From Eledone cirrhosa (Eukaryota): a stretch of DNA of 64,000 nucleotides. The translations under genes were made by a program, and so were the position numbers. A model generated the notes under the pieces. The model was not told where the DNA came from and searched no databases. It saw only the letters and a list, made by a program, of their open reading frames with translations. The DNA is taken from NCBI GenBank assembly GCA_964016885.1, contig OZ024750.1, positions 39,742,001 through 39,806,000 on the forward strand, in the 5' to 3' direction. Below, piece by piece: positions 39,601 to 52,548 of this stretch; position 1 is the first letter of the stretch, and each line of letters opens with the position of its first letter.

Positions 39601-41937
39601 ACTTTGATCCTTGCCTAAAATACAACATTGCTAACACTATATGGAACATACACCTACCTAAATACTTTGATCCTTGCCTAAAATACAACATTGCTAACAC
39701 TATATGGAACTCACACCTACCTAAATACTTTGATCCTTGCCTAAAATACAACATTGCTAACACTATATGGAACATACACCTACCTAAATACTTTTATACT
39801 TGCCTAAAATACAACATTGCTAACACTATATGGAACTCACACCTACCTAAATACTTTGATCTTTGCCTAAAATACAACATTGCTAACACTATATGGAACA
39901 TACACCTACCTAAATACTTTGATCCTTGCCTAAAATACAACATTGCTAACACTATATGGAACTCACACCTACCTAAATACTTTGATCCTTGCCTAAAATA
40001 CAACATTGCTAACACTATATGGAACATACACCTACCTAAATACTTTGATCCTTGCCTAAAATACAACATTGCTAACACTATATGGAACATACACCTACCT
40101 AAATACTTTGATCCTTGCCTAAAATACAACATTGCTAACACTATATGGAACATACACCTACCTAAATACTTTGATCCTTGCCTAAAATACAACATTGCTA
40201 ACACTATATGGAACATACACCTACCTAAATACTTTGATCCTTGCCTAAAATACAACATTGCTAACACTATATGGAACATACACCTACCTAAATACTTTGA
40301 TCCTTGCCTAAAATACAACATTGCTAACACTATATGGAACATACACCTACCTAAATACTTTTATACTTGCCTAAAATACAACATTGCTAACACTATATGG
40401 AACTCACACCTACCTAAATACTTTGATCTTTGCCTAAAATACAACATTGCTAACACTATATGGAACATACACCTACCTAAATACTTTGATCCTTGCCTAA
40501 AATACAACATTGCTAACACTATATGGAACATACACCTACCTAAATACTTTGATCCTTGCCTAAAATACAACATTGCTAACACTATATGGAACATACACCT
40601 ACCTAAATACTTTTATACTTGCCTAAAATACAACATTGCTAACACTATATGGAACTCACACCTACCTAAATACTTTGATCTTTGCCTAAAATACAACATT
40701 GCTAACACTATATGGAACATACACCTACCTAAATACTTTGATCCTTGCCTAAAATACAACATTGCTAACACTATATGGAACATACACCTACCTAAATACT
40801 TTGATCCTTGCCTAAAATACAACATTGCTAACACTATATGGAACATACACCTACCTAAATACTTTTATACTTGCCTAAAATACAACATTGCTAACACTAT
40901 ATGGAACTCACACCTACCTAAATACTTTGATCTTTGCCTAAAATACAACATTGCTAACACTATATGGAACATACACCTACCTAAATACTTTGATCCTTGC
41001 CTAAAATACAACATTGCTAACACTATATGGAACTCACACCTACCTAAATACTTTGATCCTTGCCTAAAATACAACATTGCTAACACTATATGGAACATAC
41101 ACCTACCTAAATACTTTGATCCTTGCCTAAAATACAACATTGCTAACACTATATGGAACATACACCTACCTAAATACTTTGATCCTTGCCTAAAATACAA
41201 CATTGCTAACACTATATGGAACATACACCTACCTAAATACTTTGATCCTTGCCTAAAATACAACATTGCTAACACTATATGGAACATACACCTACCTAAA
41301 TACTTTGATCCTTGCCTAAAATACAACATTGCTAACACTATATGGAACATACACCTACCTAAATACTTTGATCCTTGCCTAAAATACAACATTGCTAACA
41401 CTATATGGAACATACACCTACCTAAATACTTTGATCCTTGCCTAAAATACAACATTGCTAACACTATATGGAACATACACCTACCTAAATACTTTGATCC
41501 TTGCCTAAAATACAACATTGCTAACACTATATGGAACATACACCTACCTAAATACTTTGATCCTTGCCTAAAATACAACATTGCTAACACTATATGGAAC
41601 ATACACCTACCTAAATACTTTGATCCTTGCCTAAAATACAACATTGCTAACACTATATGGAACATACACCTACCTAAATACTTTGATCCTTGCCTAAAAT
41701 ACAACATTGCTAACACTATATGGAACATACACCTACCTAAATACTTTTATACTTGCCTAAAATACAACATTGCTAACACTATATGGAACATACACCTACC
41801 TAAATACTTTGATCCTTGCCTAAAATACAACATTGCTAACACTATATGGAACATACACCTACCTAAATACTTTGATCTTTGCCTAAAATACAACATTGCT
41901 AACACTATATGGAACACCTACCTAAATGTTTTGATCT
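24612..41937. repeat. 63-bp tandem satellite, about 275 copies, about 17.3 kb, inside QSOX intron E-F
   Basis: TTGATC(C/T)TTGCCTAAAATACAACATTGCTAACACTATATGGAAC(AT/TC)ACACCTACCTAAATACT. Confidence 0.98.
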
Positions 41938-42084
41938 AAGTAGTCTCATTTCTTCACATAACTTCATACACCTCTTCATTTAAAAAAAACAACTAATCAA
42001 TCAAACTACATAAAGAAGTCAATTAACACAAAGTAACTATATCTACTGTGCAAGCTAAGATTCCTTACTATTCCAGCATCATTA

Positions 42085-43202
42085 CCCCTTTAACATTTAC
42101 ATTACTCTATATATACTATTGTATTTTCACAGTTAAAGGCTTTACCTCACATAATATCTCACATAACATTTACATTACTCTATATATACTATTGTATTTT
42201 CACAGTAAAGGCTTTACCTCACATAATATCTCACAAAACATTTACATTACTCTATATATACTATTGTATTTTCACAGTTAAAGGCTTTACCTCACATAAT
42301 ATCTCACATAACATTTACATTACTCTATATATACTATTGTATTTTCACAGTAAAGGCTTTACCTCACATAATATCTCACAAAACATTTACATTACTCTAT
42401 ATATACTATTGTATTTTCACAGTAAAGGCGTTACCTCACATAATATCTCACATAACATTTACATTACTCTATATATACTATTGTATTTTCACAGTAAAGG
42501 TGTTACCTCACATAATATCTCACATAACATTTACATTACTCTATATTTACTATTGTATTTTCACAGTAAAGGCGTTACCTCACATAATATCTCACATAAC
42601 ATTTACATTACTCTATATATACTATTGTATTTTCACAGTAAAGGCGTTACCTCACATAATATCTCACATAACATTTACATTATTCTATATATACTATTGT
42701 ATTTTCACAGTAAAGGCGTTACCTCACATAATATCTCACATAACATTTACATTACTCTATATTTACTATTGTATTTTCACAGTAAAGGCGTTACCTCACA
42801 TAATATCTCACATAACATTTACATTACTCTATATATACTATTGTATTTTCACAGTAAAGGCGTTACCTCACATAATATCTCACATAACATTTACATTACT
42901 CTATATATACTATTGTATTTTCACAGTAAAGGCTTTACCTCACATAATATCTCACATAACATTTACATTACTCTATATATACTATTGTATTTTCACAGTA
43001 AAGGCTTTACCTCACATAATATCTCACATAACATTTACATTACTCTATATTTACTATTGTATTTTCATGGTAAAGACTTTATCTTACATAATTATCTCAC
43101 ATAATATCGAATCTGAGATTTTGATATTATTTATTTTGAGAACAATACCTTAACATAAGTATGAGCAGCTGGATACAGCTGGTTGAAATTCTGAAGGGTT
43201 AA
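42085..43202 (+). repeat. 72-bp minisatellite, about 14 copies, expanded inside a TTAA MITE
   Basis: Starts CCCTTTAACATTTACATTACTCTAT, repeats the 5' MITE segment, then resumes MITE sequence ending GAAGGGTTAA. Confidence 0.9.
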
Positions 43203-43279
43203 TATATGATATCACAAACGATTTACAGTTGAAAAAATATCTCATACACAAGTTCCAGTGGTTATAAAACAGACTTTAC

Positions 43280-43980
43280 AACAGTAACACATCCAACACC
43301 AGAGACCAGTGTTCTAACAGAAACTATGACAACTGCAATAGAATTACTAACAAACCACGTGTTACTGATCTATCTGGCTCTATAACATCTACAGAATGGG
43401 AATGATTAAGCTATGGACCTAAATTCATTGTAGTTCAACGCTACACGGAGAAGATAAAGCTTGACATAGCGGCCAACATCTGTAGAACCTGTAAATATGG
43501 GTAACAGCTTTAACAGCCGTACCTGTCATTACCACAGCTGTCACCACTACCACAACAACCAACAACACTGCTACTACTACTACCTCCGTCTATGCTAACT
43601 TTGGTTCTTTCCCCATCTTCCACCCAGACAACCCACCCAGACTACCCTCACCAACCATGAACTTAATGCTAAACTACCCACACTTAAGAATTCCATCTTT
43701 AAGATCTTTCAGAAGCACTGTTCTTCCTCCTCCCCCCGCAATCTCTAGGTCTCGTCTCATCACTCTAAGAAAACTACATCAGACGAAGGGAGATAATTCT
43801 GCCTCATTGAGCAAAACATTTACACCTAAGTAGCACAAGAACACCTTAACAACCCAACTGTATATATTAAGGTTAGCAACATCATACCTAGCCAACTAGA
43901 GGCCACCATTAATACCAGTTGGACTAATATCTGTGACTGTCACGGCCTCTCTAGTACAATAAAACTATCTTTATCACCAG
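43280..43980 (+). pseudogene. Degraded Penelope-like retroelement N-terminal/RT-proximal fragment
   Basis: Remnants TDLSGSITSTEWE*LSYGPKF, SD(E/K)G and EHLNNPTVY resemble the PLE NLS..L..GL.F, DKG and L.D...Y motifs; stops and frameshifts. Confidence 0.5.
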
Positions 43981-44531
43981 AAACAATATAATAGGGTTTA
44001 TTTCAAGAATTAACATGTTTTATCACCAAGTGTAACATTGATATTTGTCTTGAAATTGTTATCAATTGTGAGAACTCGATTTTAAATACATAAAATATGT
44101 CGCAGCAGTGTTGTACAAAAATGTTCTAAGTTTGCAAAAAAAAAAACACGAACATCAAAAATATAAAAATAAATGGAGAAAATTATATAGGTATCTATAT
44201 ATATGGTATATATATATATATGTGTGTGTATATATATATGTTTATATGTAATATGTATGTGTATGTATGTGTGTGTGTGTGTATATATATATATGTTTAT
44301 ATGTAATATGTATGTATGTGTATGTATATATCCATGTATATATATATATATATGTGTGTGTGTAGAGAGAGAGCAAGAGCGAGAAACAGGAGAAGAGAGA
44401 CAAGAAGTTTTGACAAATATAAAATAGATTATACAGAGTTTCTTGAAGACATTTCTTTCATTACTTTATATTTATATATTTATTTAGTCATGAATCTGAT
44501 TTAAAATTAACTTAACTTTCTCTCTCATTAA

Positions 44532-44850
44532 CCCTTTACCATTTACATTACTCTATATATACTATTGTATTTCTATGGTATACACTTTATTTCATATAAT
44601 TATCTCACATAATATCGAATCTATGAGATTTTGATGTTATTTATTTTGAGAACAATACCTTAACATCAGTATAAGTGGCTAGTTAACAGCCAGTTTGAAC
44701 AGAAAGAGGTGAGAGAATCCTGGCCAGATACGGCTGGTTTAAACGCTAAAGAGTTAATATAAGTATGAGAGGCTAGTTACAGCCAGTTTGAACTGAAAGA
44801 GGTAAAAGAATTCTGGCCAGATATTTCCGGTTTAAATGCTAAAGGGCTAA
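44532..44850 (+). mobile_element. TTAA MITE (44532-44753) plus a duplicated 3' half (about 44760-44850)
   Basis: TTAA|CCCTTTACC...AAAGAG|TTAA, then a second GAACTGAAAGAGG...AAAGGGCTAA. Confidence 0.82.
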
Positions 44851-44873
44851 ATCTTTGTCTTTCTATTCTTCAG

Positions 44874-45009
44874 AAACAGACCAGCCGCTCACATGCAGGA
44901 TTTGCTCAGTGGAATACATTACATGTTTCAACAGGAAATTGCCATACGGAAGAATATTAAAGGCAAATCATTGAAATCACTTCAAAATTTTATTGAAGTT
45001 TTATCTAAG
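44874..45009 (+). CDS. QSOX: QSOX exon F (helix-rich region)
   Basis: cttcag|AAACAGA...TCTAAG|gtaag; HMQDLLSGIHYMFQQEIAIRKNIKGKSLKSLQNFIEVLSK matches the QSOX M.DL.S..HY...E...G..L..L..F..VL.K pattern; phase 2 to 0. Confidence 0.92.
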
Positions 45010-45276
45010 GTAAGAGCAAGCATGTGGCTTAGTGGTTAGGGATTTGGATTGGAACCACTATTATGAGGTTTTGTGTTCGTTTCCCGGACTGGGTGATGTG
45101 TTATGTCTTTGAGAAAGACACTTTATTTCTTGTTGTCCTTTCTGCCAGGAGTTGTGACCGGTAGATAGTATTAGTAAATTGAAAGACCAATGGAAACATT
45201 GTTTCCTTGGTCTGAGTTCCACCCCACTCAGTAAACAAGTGACGTCTGGGATTTTGTCTTGATATTTATATATTAG

Positions 45277-46150
45277 TGTGTACTGTTATCTCAGGTATGT
45301 ACTGTTATCTCAGGTGTGTACTGTTATCTCAGGTATGTACTGTTATCTCAGGTGTGTACTGTTATCTCAGGTATGTACTGCTATCTCAGGTGTGTACTGT
45401 TATCTCAGGTATGTACTGTTATCTCAGGTGTGTACTGTTATCTCAGGTGTGTACTGTTATCTCAGGTATGTACTGTTATCTCAGGTGTGTACTGTTATCT
45501 CAGGTATGTACTGTTATCTCAGGTGTGTACTGTTATCTCAGGTGTGTACTGTTATCTCAGGTGTGTACTGTTATCTCAGGTGTGTACTGTTATCTCAGGT
45601 GTGTACTGTTATCTCAGGTGTGTACTACTATCTCAGGTGTGTACTGTTATCTCAGGTGTGTACTGTTATCTCAGGTATGTACTGTTATCTCAGGTGTGTA
45701 CTGTTATCTCAGGTGTGTACTGTTATCTCAGGTATGTACTGTTATCTCAGGTGTGTACTGTTATCTCAGGTGTGTACTGTTATCTCAGGTATGTACTGTT
45801 ATCTCAGGTGTGTACTGTTATCTCAGGTGTGTACTGTTATCTCAGGTGTGTACTGTTATCTCAGGTGTGTACTGTTATCTCAGGTGTGTACTGTTATCTC
45901 AGGTGTGTACTGTTATCTCAGGTGTGTACTGTTATCTCAGGTATGTACTGTTATCTCAGGTGTGTACTGTTATCTCAGGTGTGTACTGTTATCTCAGGTG
46001 TGTACTGTTATCTCAGGTGTGTACTGTTTACTATCTCATGTTTGTCAAATTGTCTCAGGTGTGTACTGTTTACTGTCTCAGGTGTGTCCAGTTATATCAG
46101 GTGTGTACTGTTATCTAAGGTGTCTATCATTAATTATCTCAGGTGTGTAC
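45277..46150. repeat. 19-bp minisatellite, about 45 copies
   Basis: GT(G/A)TGTACTGTTATCTCAG. Confidence 0.96.
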
Positions 46151-47336
46151 TTTTAAAGATTTCCGGTTATTGTTTTTATTGTTAGGGTGGGGAGGAGCAG
46201 TACTCTCCGTGGGTGAGGGGACAGAAAAGTGTCCTCAAACTAAAGACTTGAATGCTTGCAACAGAGTGGACTTTGTTAAAGACACCCAAGGGCAAAGTGG
46301 CAGTGTTAAACTGGGCATGTTTGGGGAGGAGGGGAGGAAGGGCAGTGCCCATGACAGTTTTCAAGGCCTCAAAGGTTGGTGGGAAGGAGAGATGAATTAG
46401 TTTCCTTAAGCCAGAGACCTGGCCTGAATACCTCCAACATTAAGACACTCAAAGGCAAGGTAGTGGGTGACAGTTTCAGTTTACTGCCCAAGTAAACCAC
46501 TGCAGGATTTGAACTAGGAACCCAAAGAGCTGCAACAAATACCACAAGGCATCTTGTCTGATACTTGAACAATTTTGTCAATCTACCTCCCTACTTTGGT
46601 TGCTGACCTCAGCAGGATTTAAACTGAAGAAGACCCGCCTTCCCATGTGCACGGGACGAAGCAAACATCTAGAGGACACTAGTCTACACCAATTTCCTCC
46701 TTCCCTGCCCATACACTTTCCCACATCTTAATATTTACCCATCCCAAGCCTGCACACTCATTTCATCCCCTCCACCCTCTCCTGTCCAACCCATATACGC
46801 AAGCATCGAAAGCTGGACACATGCCAGAACTTGCTTTCCCAGAGTCCTGCCATCATGACAAAACTCACTTAGGCCACTCTGTAAGATGGTTGTGCAGATG
46901 ACACAACAAAAAACACCCAGATTATGATAATGACAGTGATATTGTATGAAAATTCATGCTTCATGCTCACCTACTTTGTTATAACAAATGGTAGTCCCCC
47001 CCCTCCCTTCAGTCACTAGAATGTCCCCTTCTGAGGCACAAGTCCAGGTAAGGTGTTTTAGTGGAAGACCAGTAGTCATCCATACATACCAGTCACCCCT
47101 CTCCTTGCCACTGATGTCGTCCAAGGAAACGACAAAAGCTCATACAGTTTGGTACCAGTGACATGTGGCTCCGGTGGCTGATATCTTCATGACTGCCGTT
47201 TTCAGTTTGTTTGGCCTCTATAACGTATGTTAATTGCTCTGGTCCCTTTTAGTCCATTGAGCGCTTGCCGCATATCTTGAAAATTGCGTTTAGCTTTGTT
47301 TTTGACCACAGCTGAAATACGATCTCGCTAAAATTA

Positions 47337-47381
<45 letters not shown>

Positions 47382-47839
47382 ATAATAATAAATTTGAAGA
47401 CTAAAATCCAAAGAGGGGTTGATAAGGATAAATATATATCAAATATATAAGAACCATAGAGCAAATATTTATTAAAATAACAGATTAAAGTTTGAACAAA
47501 GAATTGCTGCTTTCACCCTTAACGGGATCTTAAGGGTAAAAGCAGCGATTCTTTGCTTAAACTTTAATCTGTTATTACCCGCCTTACCTAAATACAAAGT
47601 AAAACCTACTACAGTCAGTAGGCATCTCTAACAAGAATTCAAAGGATCAACCTTGTTTCATACTGAATCTCCCTGAGAACCACATTAAGAGTACACAGAT
47701 CAACCCTGTGTCACACTGAATCTCCCTGAGAACTACACTACATGTGTCTGTGGAATACTTAGCCAGTGGCATATTAGTTTCTAAATCAGGTTGTTGTGTT
47801 GATTGTATCAGCTGGAAGACATCAACGGAAGGCCAACAG

Positions 47840-47880
<41 letters not shown>

Positions 47881-49659
47881 GCTGGGTATATATATCCAGT
47901 GATGTGTTCTATATTTTAATTTATATAAGTACTGAAATATGATAGTTTTCTCTGTATAGGTTCATGACATATCTTTGATATAATTAATCAGAAATACATT
48001 AGCATACCTAAGTGTAGGCACATGGCTGAGTGGTTAGTGTCGGGCCTACAACCATGAGGTTGTGAGTTCGATTCTCGGACCGGGCTTTGCGTTGTGTTCT
48101 TGAGCAAGACACTCTATTTCATGTTGCTCCAGTTTACTAAGCTGTAGAAATGAATTGCAACGTCACTGGTGCCAAACTGTATCAGCCATTGTCTTTCCCT
48201 TCAACACCATCGGTGATGTGGAGAGGGGGAGATTGGTATGCATGGGTGACTGCTGGTTTCCTCAAACAACCTTGCCTGGACTTGTGCCTCGGAGGGGAAC
48301 TTTCTAGTTACAAATCTCATGGTTATTTGTGACCGAAGGGGGGTCTTTACCTTTTATCATCATCATCGTTTAACGTCCATGTTCCACGCTTGCATGGGTT
48401 TGGACGGGAGTTTTCCCACTTGAGGCAAGAGTGGTTGTCATTGCTCGCATAGGACTGTATATATATATAGTAGTAAAAATAAATAGAAACAATTTCTGCT
48501 TTCACCGTTTTACCTCAGCATTCACCACTTCTACCCAAGTCTTCCTTGGCCTTCCGCTACTGCAGCTACCTTCCACAGGGATCCCTTTCTCTCTTTTAAT
48601 AATACTGTTCAGAAATTCAACTTATTAAATAACAGTTCAAATATGGTTGTGTTGTTAAGAAGTTCCCTTCACAAGTACATTAATTAAAGATTTCACCCTA
48701 CTACACAGTACATTGGCGGGGCCCCAGAATGGTCGCTGCCCAATGACTCGAACCAGTGAAAGAAAAGAATACATACATACCTAATACAAAGAGGAAGAAA
48801 GGCCGGCCCCCACAGCAGCTGGTGGAGTGATATTGAGGTTGAATTAAGGAAACTGGAAGCCAACTGGTGTGATGAGAGCAGCCCAGGGTCGTATACGATG
48901 AAGGGTTGTCAAGAGCCTATTCTCACAGGGATGGGGCTGAATGTAAAAAAATAATACAAAATGAAGACCAAAGGTGCTATTCCAAGTTCATCTTTAATCT
49001 CAACTTCATTTTGTATTAAGTAGGTGTTTTTACTGTCTTCAACTACAGATTTCCTAACTTATCTGAGTACACCTTTGATTCCACTTGGATTCCATCATGG
49101 TATTGACTCAACGCTAATAACACATTGAGGTTTACACACCTTACCAAAAATAAGAGTGGTTAGAGAATTGGATTCGCAATCGTGAGGTTGTGAGTTTGAT
49201 TCATGGGCCGGGCAATGTGGTTTGTCCTTGAGCAAGACACTTTAGTTCACGTTGCTACTTCTACCTGGAGTTGTGACCGATAGATAATATTAGCAATTGG
49301 AAAGACCAATGGAAACATTATTTTCTCGGTCCGATTTGACAAAAGTAAATTGAATATATATACAGTATATGTATGTGTATACATAGATATATATATATGT
49401 GTATGTGTATACATAGATATATATATGTGTATGTGTATATATATATATATATAAACATGTTTTAACGGTCTATTCTCCGATGTTTTACTTTCCCACGTGC
49501 TTACGCTCTGCTAACTCTCTAGCCCACTAAATATTAACACTTCGAATATTTAATACTGCCGGCACTAGTATCGAGCACCTTTGGCATACGCTACTTGGCA
49601 AATAACTATATGTATCACCTATCCCTCCTTTTTTTCTCTCTTTCTCGATACGTAAATAC

Positions 49660-50337
49660 TATATATATATATATATATATATGTGTGTATATCATCATCA
49701 TCATCGTTTAACGTCGATGATGATGATGATATATATATGTGTATATGTATATATATATGTGTATATGTATATATATATGTGTATATATATATGTGTATAT
49801 ATATGTGTATATATATGTGTATATATATATGTGTATATGTATATATATATGTGTATATGTATATATATATGTGTATATGTATGTATATATATATGTGTAT
49901 ATGTATATATATATGTGTATATGTGTATATATATATATGTGTATATGTATATATATATGTGTATATGTATGTATATATATATGTGTATATGTATGTATAT
50001 ATATATGTGTATATGTATGTATATATATATGTGTATATGTATGTATATATATATGTGTATATGTATGTATATATATATGTGTATATGTATGTATATATAT
50101 ATGTGTATATGTATGTATATATATATGTGTATATATATATATATATGTGTATATATATATATGTGTATATATATGTGTATATATATATATGTGTATATGT
50201 GTATATATATATATGTGTATATGTATATATATATGTGTATATGTATATATATATCTGTATATATATATCTGTATATGTATATATATATCTGTATATGTAT
50301 ATATATGTCTGTATATGTATATATATGTCTATATATT
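49660..50337. repeat. Long (TA)/(TG) compound microsatellite
   Basis: Direct reading. Confidence 0.95.
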
Positions 50338-50344
50338 TCATTTT

Positions 50345-51745
50345 ACTTTTAAAACGTGAGGTGTTCAGGATTGCAAGACAATGTGTCAAGGAAAACCGTG
50401 ATATTGTCGGGGAGAAGTGTGTCCATAATAATAATGGTGTACTTGCCCTCACTGATACTGATAAGAAGGTAGCTTGGAAGTGTCACTACGAGAGACTACT
50501 AAATAAGGAGAATAAATGGGAAAAAGATAGTCTGCCCCAAATTGATCCAATAGAGTCACCAGCTGTGCAAGTTGATGGTAGTATAATAAGTAAGACAATG
50601 AAAGATATGAAGACGGGCAAGGCAGGTGGGCCTTCGGAGATAGTTGCTGAGATGTTGAAGGCATCTGGAATGGTGGGACATACTATGGTCACCCGTATAG
50701 TTAACCAAGTAATACAGAATGAGGTCATACCAAATGACTGGCATAGAAGCATCATCATTAACTGCTACAAGGGTAAAGGAGATGCTCTAGATAGGGGAAA
50801 CTATAGAGGCATTAAGTTAGTTGACCAGGTCATGAAGGTCACTGATTAGTTGTGCTATAACTCTTTCTGAGATCGAATTGATCTAGATGAAATGCAGTTT
50901 GGGTTTGTGTCAGGTAAAAGTACAACAGATGCTCTTTTCCTTGTATGACAACTACAGAAGTACCTAGCTAAAAATAAACCCCTCTACTTAGCTTTTGTTG
51001 ACTTGGAGAAAGCCTTTGACAGAGTCCCCCGCTCGATTATCTGGTGAGCTCTTAGAAAACTAAGTGTAGATGAATGGCTTGTGAGAGCTATACAAGCTAT
51101 GTATAAAGAAACGGTCAACGAATATAGTGAAGAATTTAGCGTAAAAGTTGGTGTTCACCAAGGCTCTGTCTTTAGCCCCCTCCTATTTATTATTGCCCTT
51201 CAGGCTATAACAGGAGTTTAAGACCGGCTGCCCATTGAAACTTCTATACACAGATGATCTAACTCTCATAGCTGAATCTATGGCAGAACTAGAGAAGAAA
51301 TTCCAAACAAGTATGGCCTAGAATCAAAAGGACTTAAAGTTAACTTGTCTAAGACTAAAGTTCTAGTATGTAGAAAGGAAAATAGGGCCCAGGTGCCCTC
51401 TGAGAAATGTCCATGCTCACTGTGTAGGAAAGGAATAGGTAGAAATTCCATTTTATGTCCCAAATGCAAACTATGGATATGTAAAAGATGTAGTGGGATC
51501 ACAGGTAAGCTATCTAAGAACGTAGATTTTATATGTGGCCGATGCTCGCGTGCAGTAAATAGCAAGTGCCCACAGGACACTAGTTCTTTCTATTGCCCAA
51601 ATGGTTCTATAGAAATAGTGGACACTTTCCATTACCTGGGTGACAAAATCAGCAGTGGTGGAGGGTGTTCTGAAAGCACAGTAGCCAGAGTCAGAACAGG
51701 ATGGAAAAAGTTCAGAGAGTTAATACCGCTGTTGGCCACAAAAGG
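50345..51745 (+). pseudogene. RTE-like LINE ORF2 fragment (RT domain plus PHD-like Cys-rich finger), disrupted
   Basis: [59 protein letters not shown]; in-frame stops and frameshifts. Confidence 0.9.
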
Positions 51746-52431
51746 TTCTTTCTTATTTTTCTTATTTTTCTTTTTATGGGTATGACATATTTTCTAGAAA
51801 TTTCTTGTTATTGTTGTTATACTATCATCATCTCTTCATTTTGGTACGGTGGTTTCACAGATCGCCCTGGTTCTCCCGCTACATCGGTCTCAATTAGCCA
51901 TTGCTTCCGGCAGGTTCTCACACTACACTCACCACCCTCACATAGCTATTTGATGTAGCATCCATGAGCTTTTGTTATGTTAAACTATAACAAATGAATT
52001 TAAAAATACAGCCACACCTGCAAACAATTTCATATGATGGTAAACAGACATTGTAAAAATGTATTGATAATAAACCATCCAATCATTGCAAGCAGGGAAA
52101 GCAAGCATTAAATAATGATGATGATGATGATGAAACAAGATATATGCTCTATTGATGATGGGGGTGAGGCAGGGTCAAGATATATGCTCTATTTACTGAA
52201 TGACCATCTTTATTAAAACTAAATTGAAATACTGCTCAGACAGAGGTGTTGAATTTGTCACTCCCTTTCCTTTTTTTTCATTGCCTTTCTTTCCTTTTCG
52301 TTTCCTTATTGTTATTTACATTCTACAGTTTTTATCACATTTTCTCTTTAGTTTCATCTCAACTATAAAAAAAAAAACATTTGGATTGAAATTTGATTTT
52401 TAAGGAGTCTTTTTTTTTCTTCTTCTGGCAG

Positions 52432-52548
52432 TATTTTCCTGAAAAATCCTCAGTTTCCATCTACCTAAACAAGGTCAACTCTTGGCTTTCAACAGTCCAG
52501 TACTCTTTAACTGGTAAAACTTGGCTAGAAAAAATTGATTCTTTACAG
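52432..52548 (+). CDS. QSOX: QSOX exon G (HRR)
   Basis: ggcag|TATTTTCCT...TTACAG|gtaagt; YFPEKSSVSIYLNKVNSWL; phase 0 to 0. Confidence 0.92.

Noticed and set aside
24467-41728. Giant repetitive ORFs (up to 1609 aa) as real genes
   Set aside because: They result from a 63-bp (3n) satellite within a QSOX intron; variants are non-synonymous, frameshifts occur and no domains are present
45276-46185. Cys/Tyr-rich ORFs in three frames
   Set aside because: Translations of a 19-bp minisatellite
47836-47882. Poly-Q coding exon from (CAG/CAA)n
   Set aside because: No clear acceptor or donor, not needed for QSOX phase continuity, and sits at the end of a dispersed repeat
49619-50452. Tyr/Ile/Cys-rich ORFs, also at 44203, 58860 and 63237
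   Set aside because: TA/TG microsatellite translations
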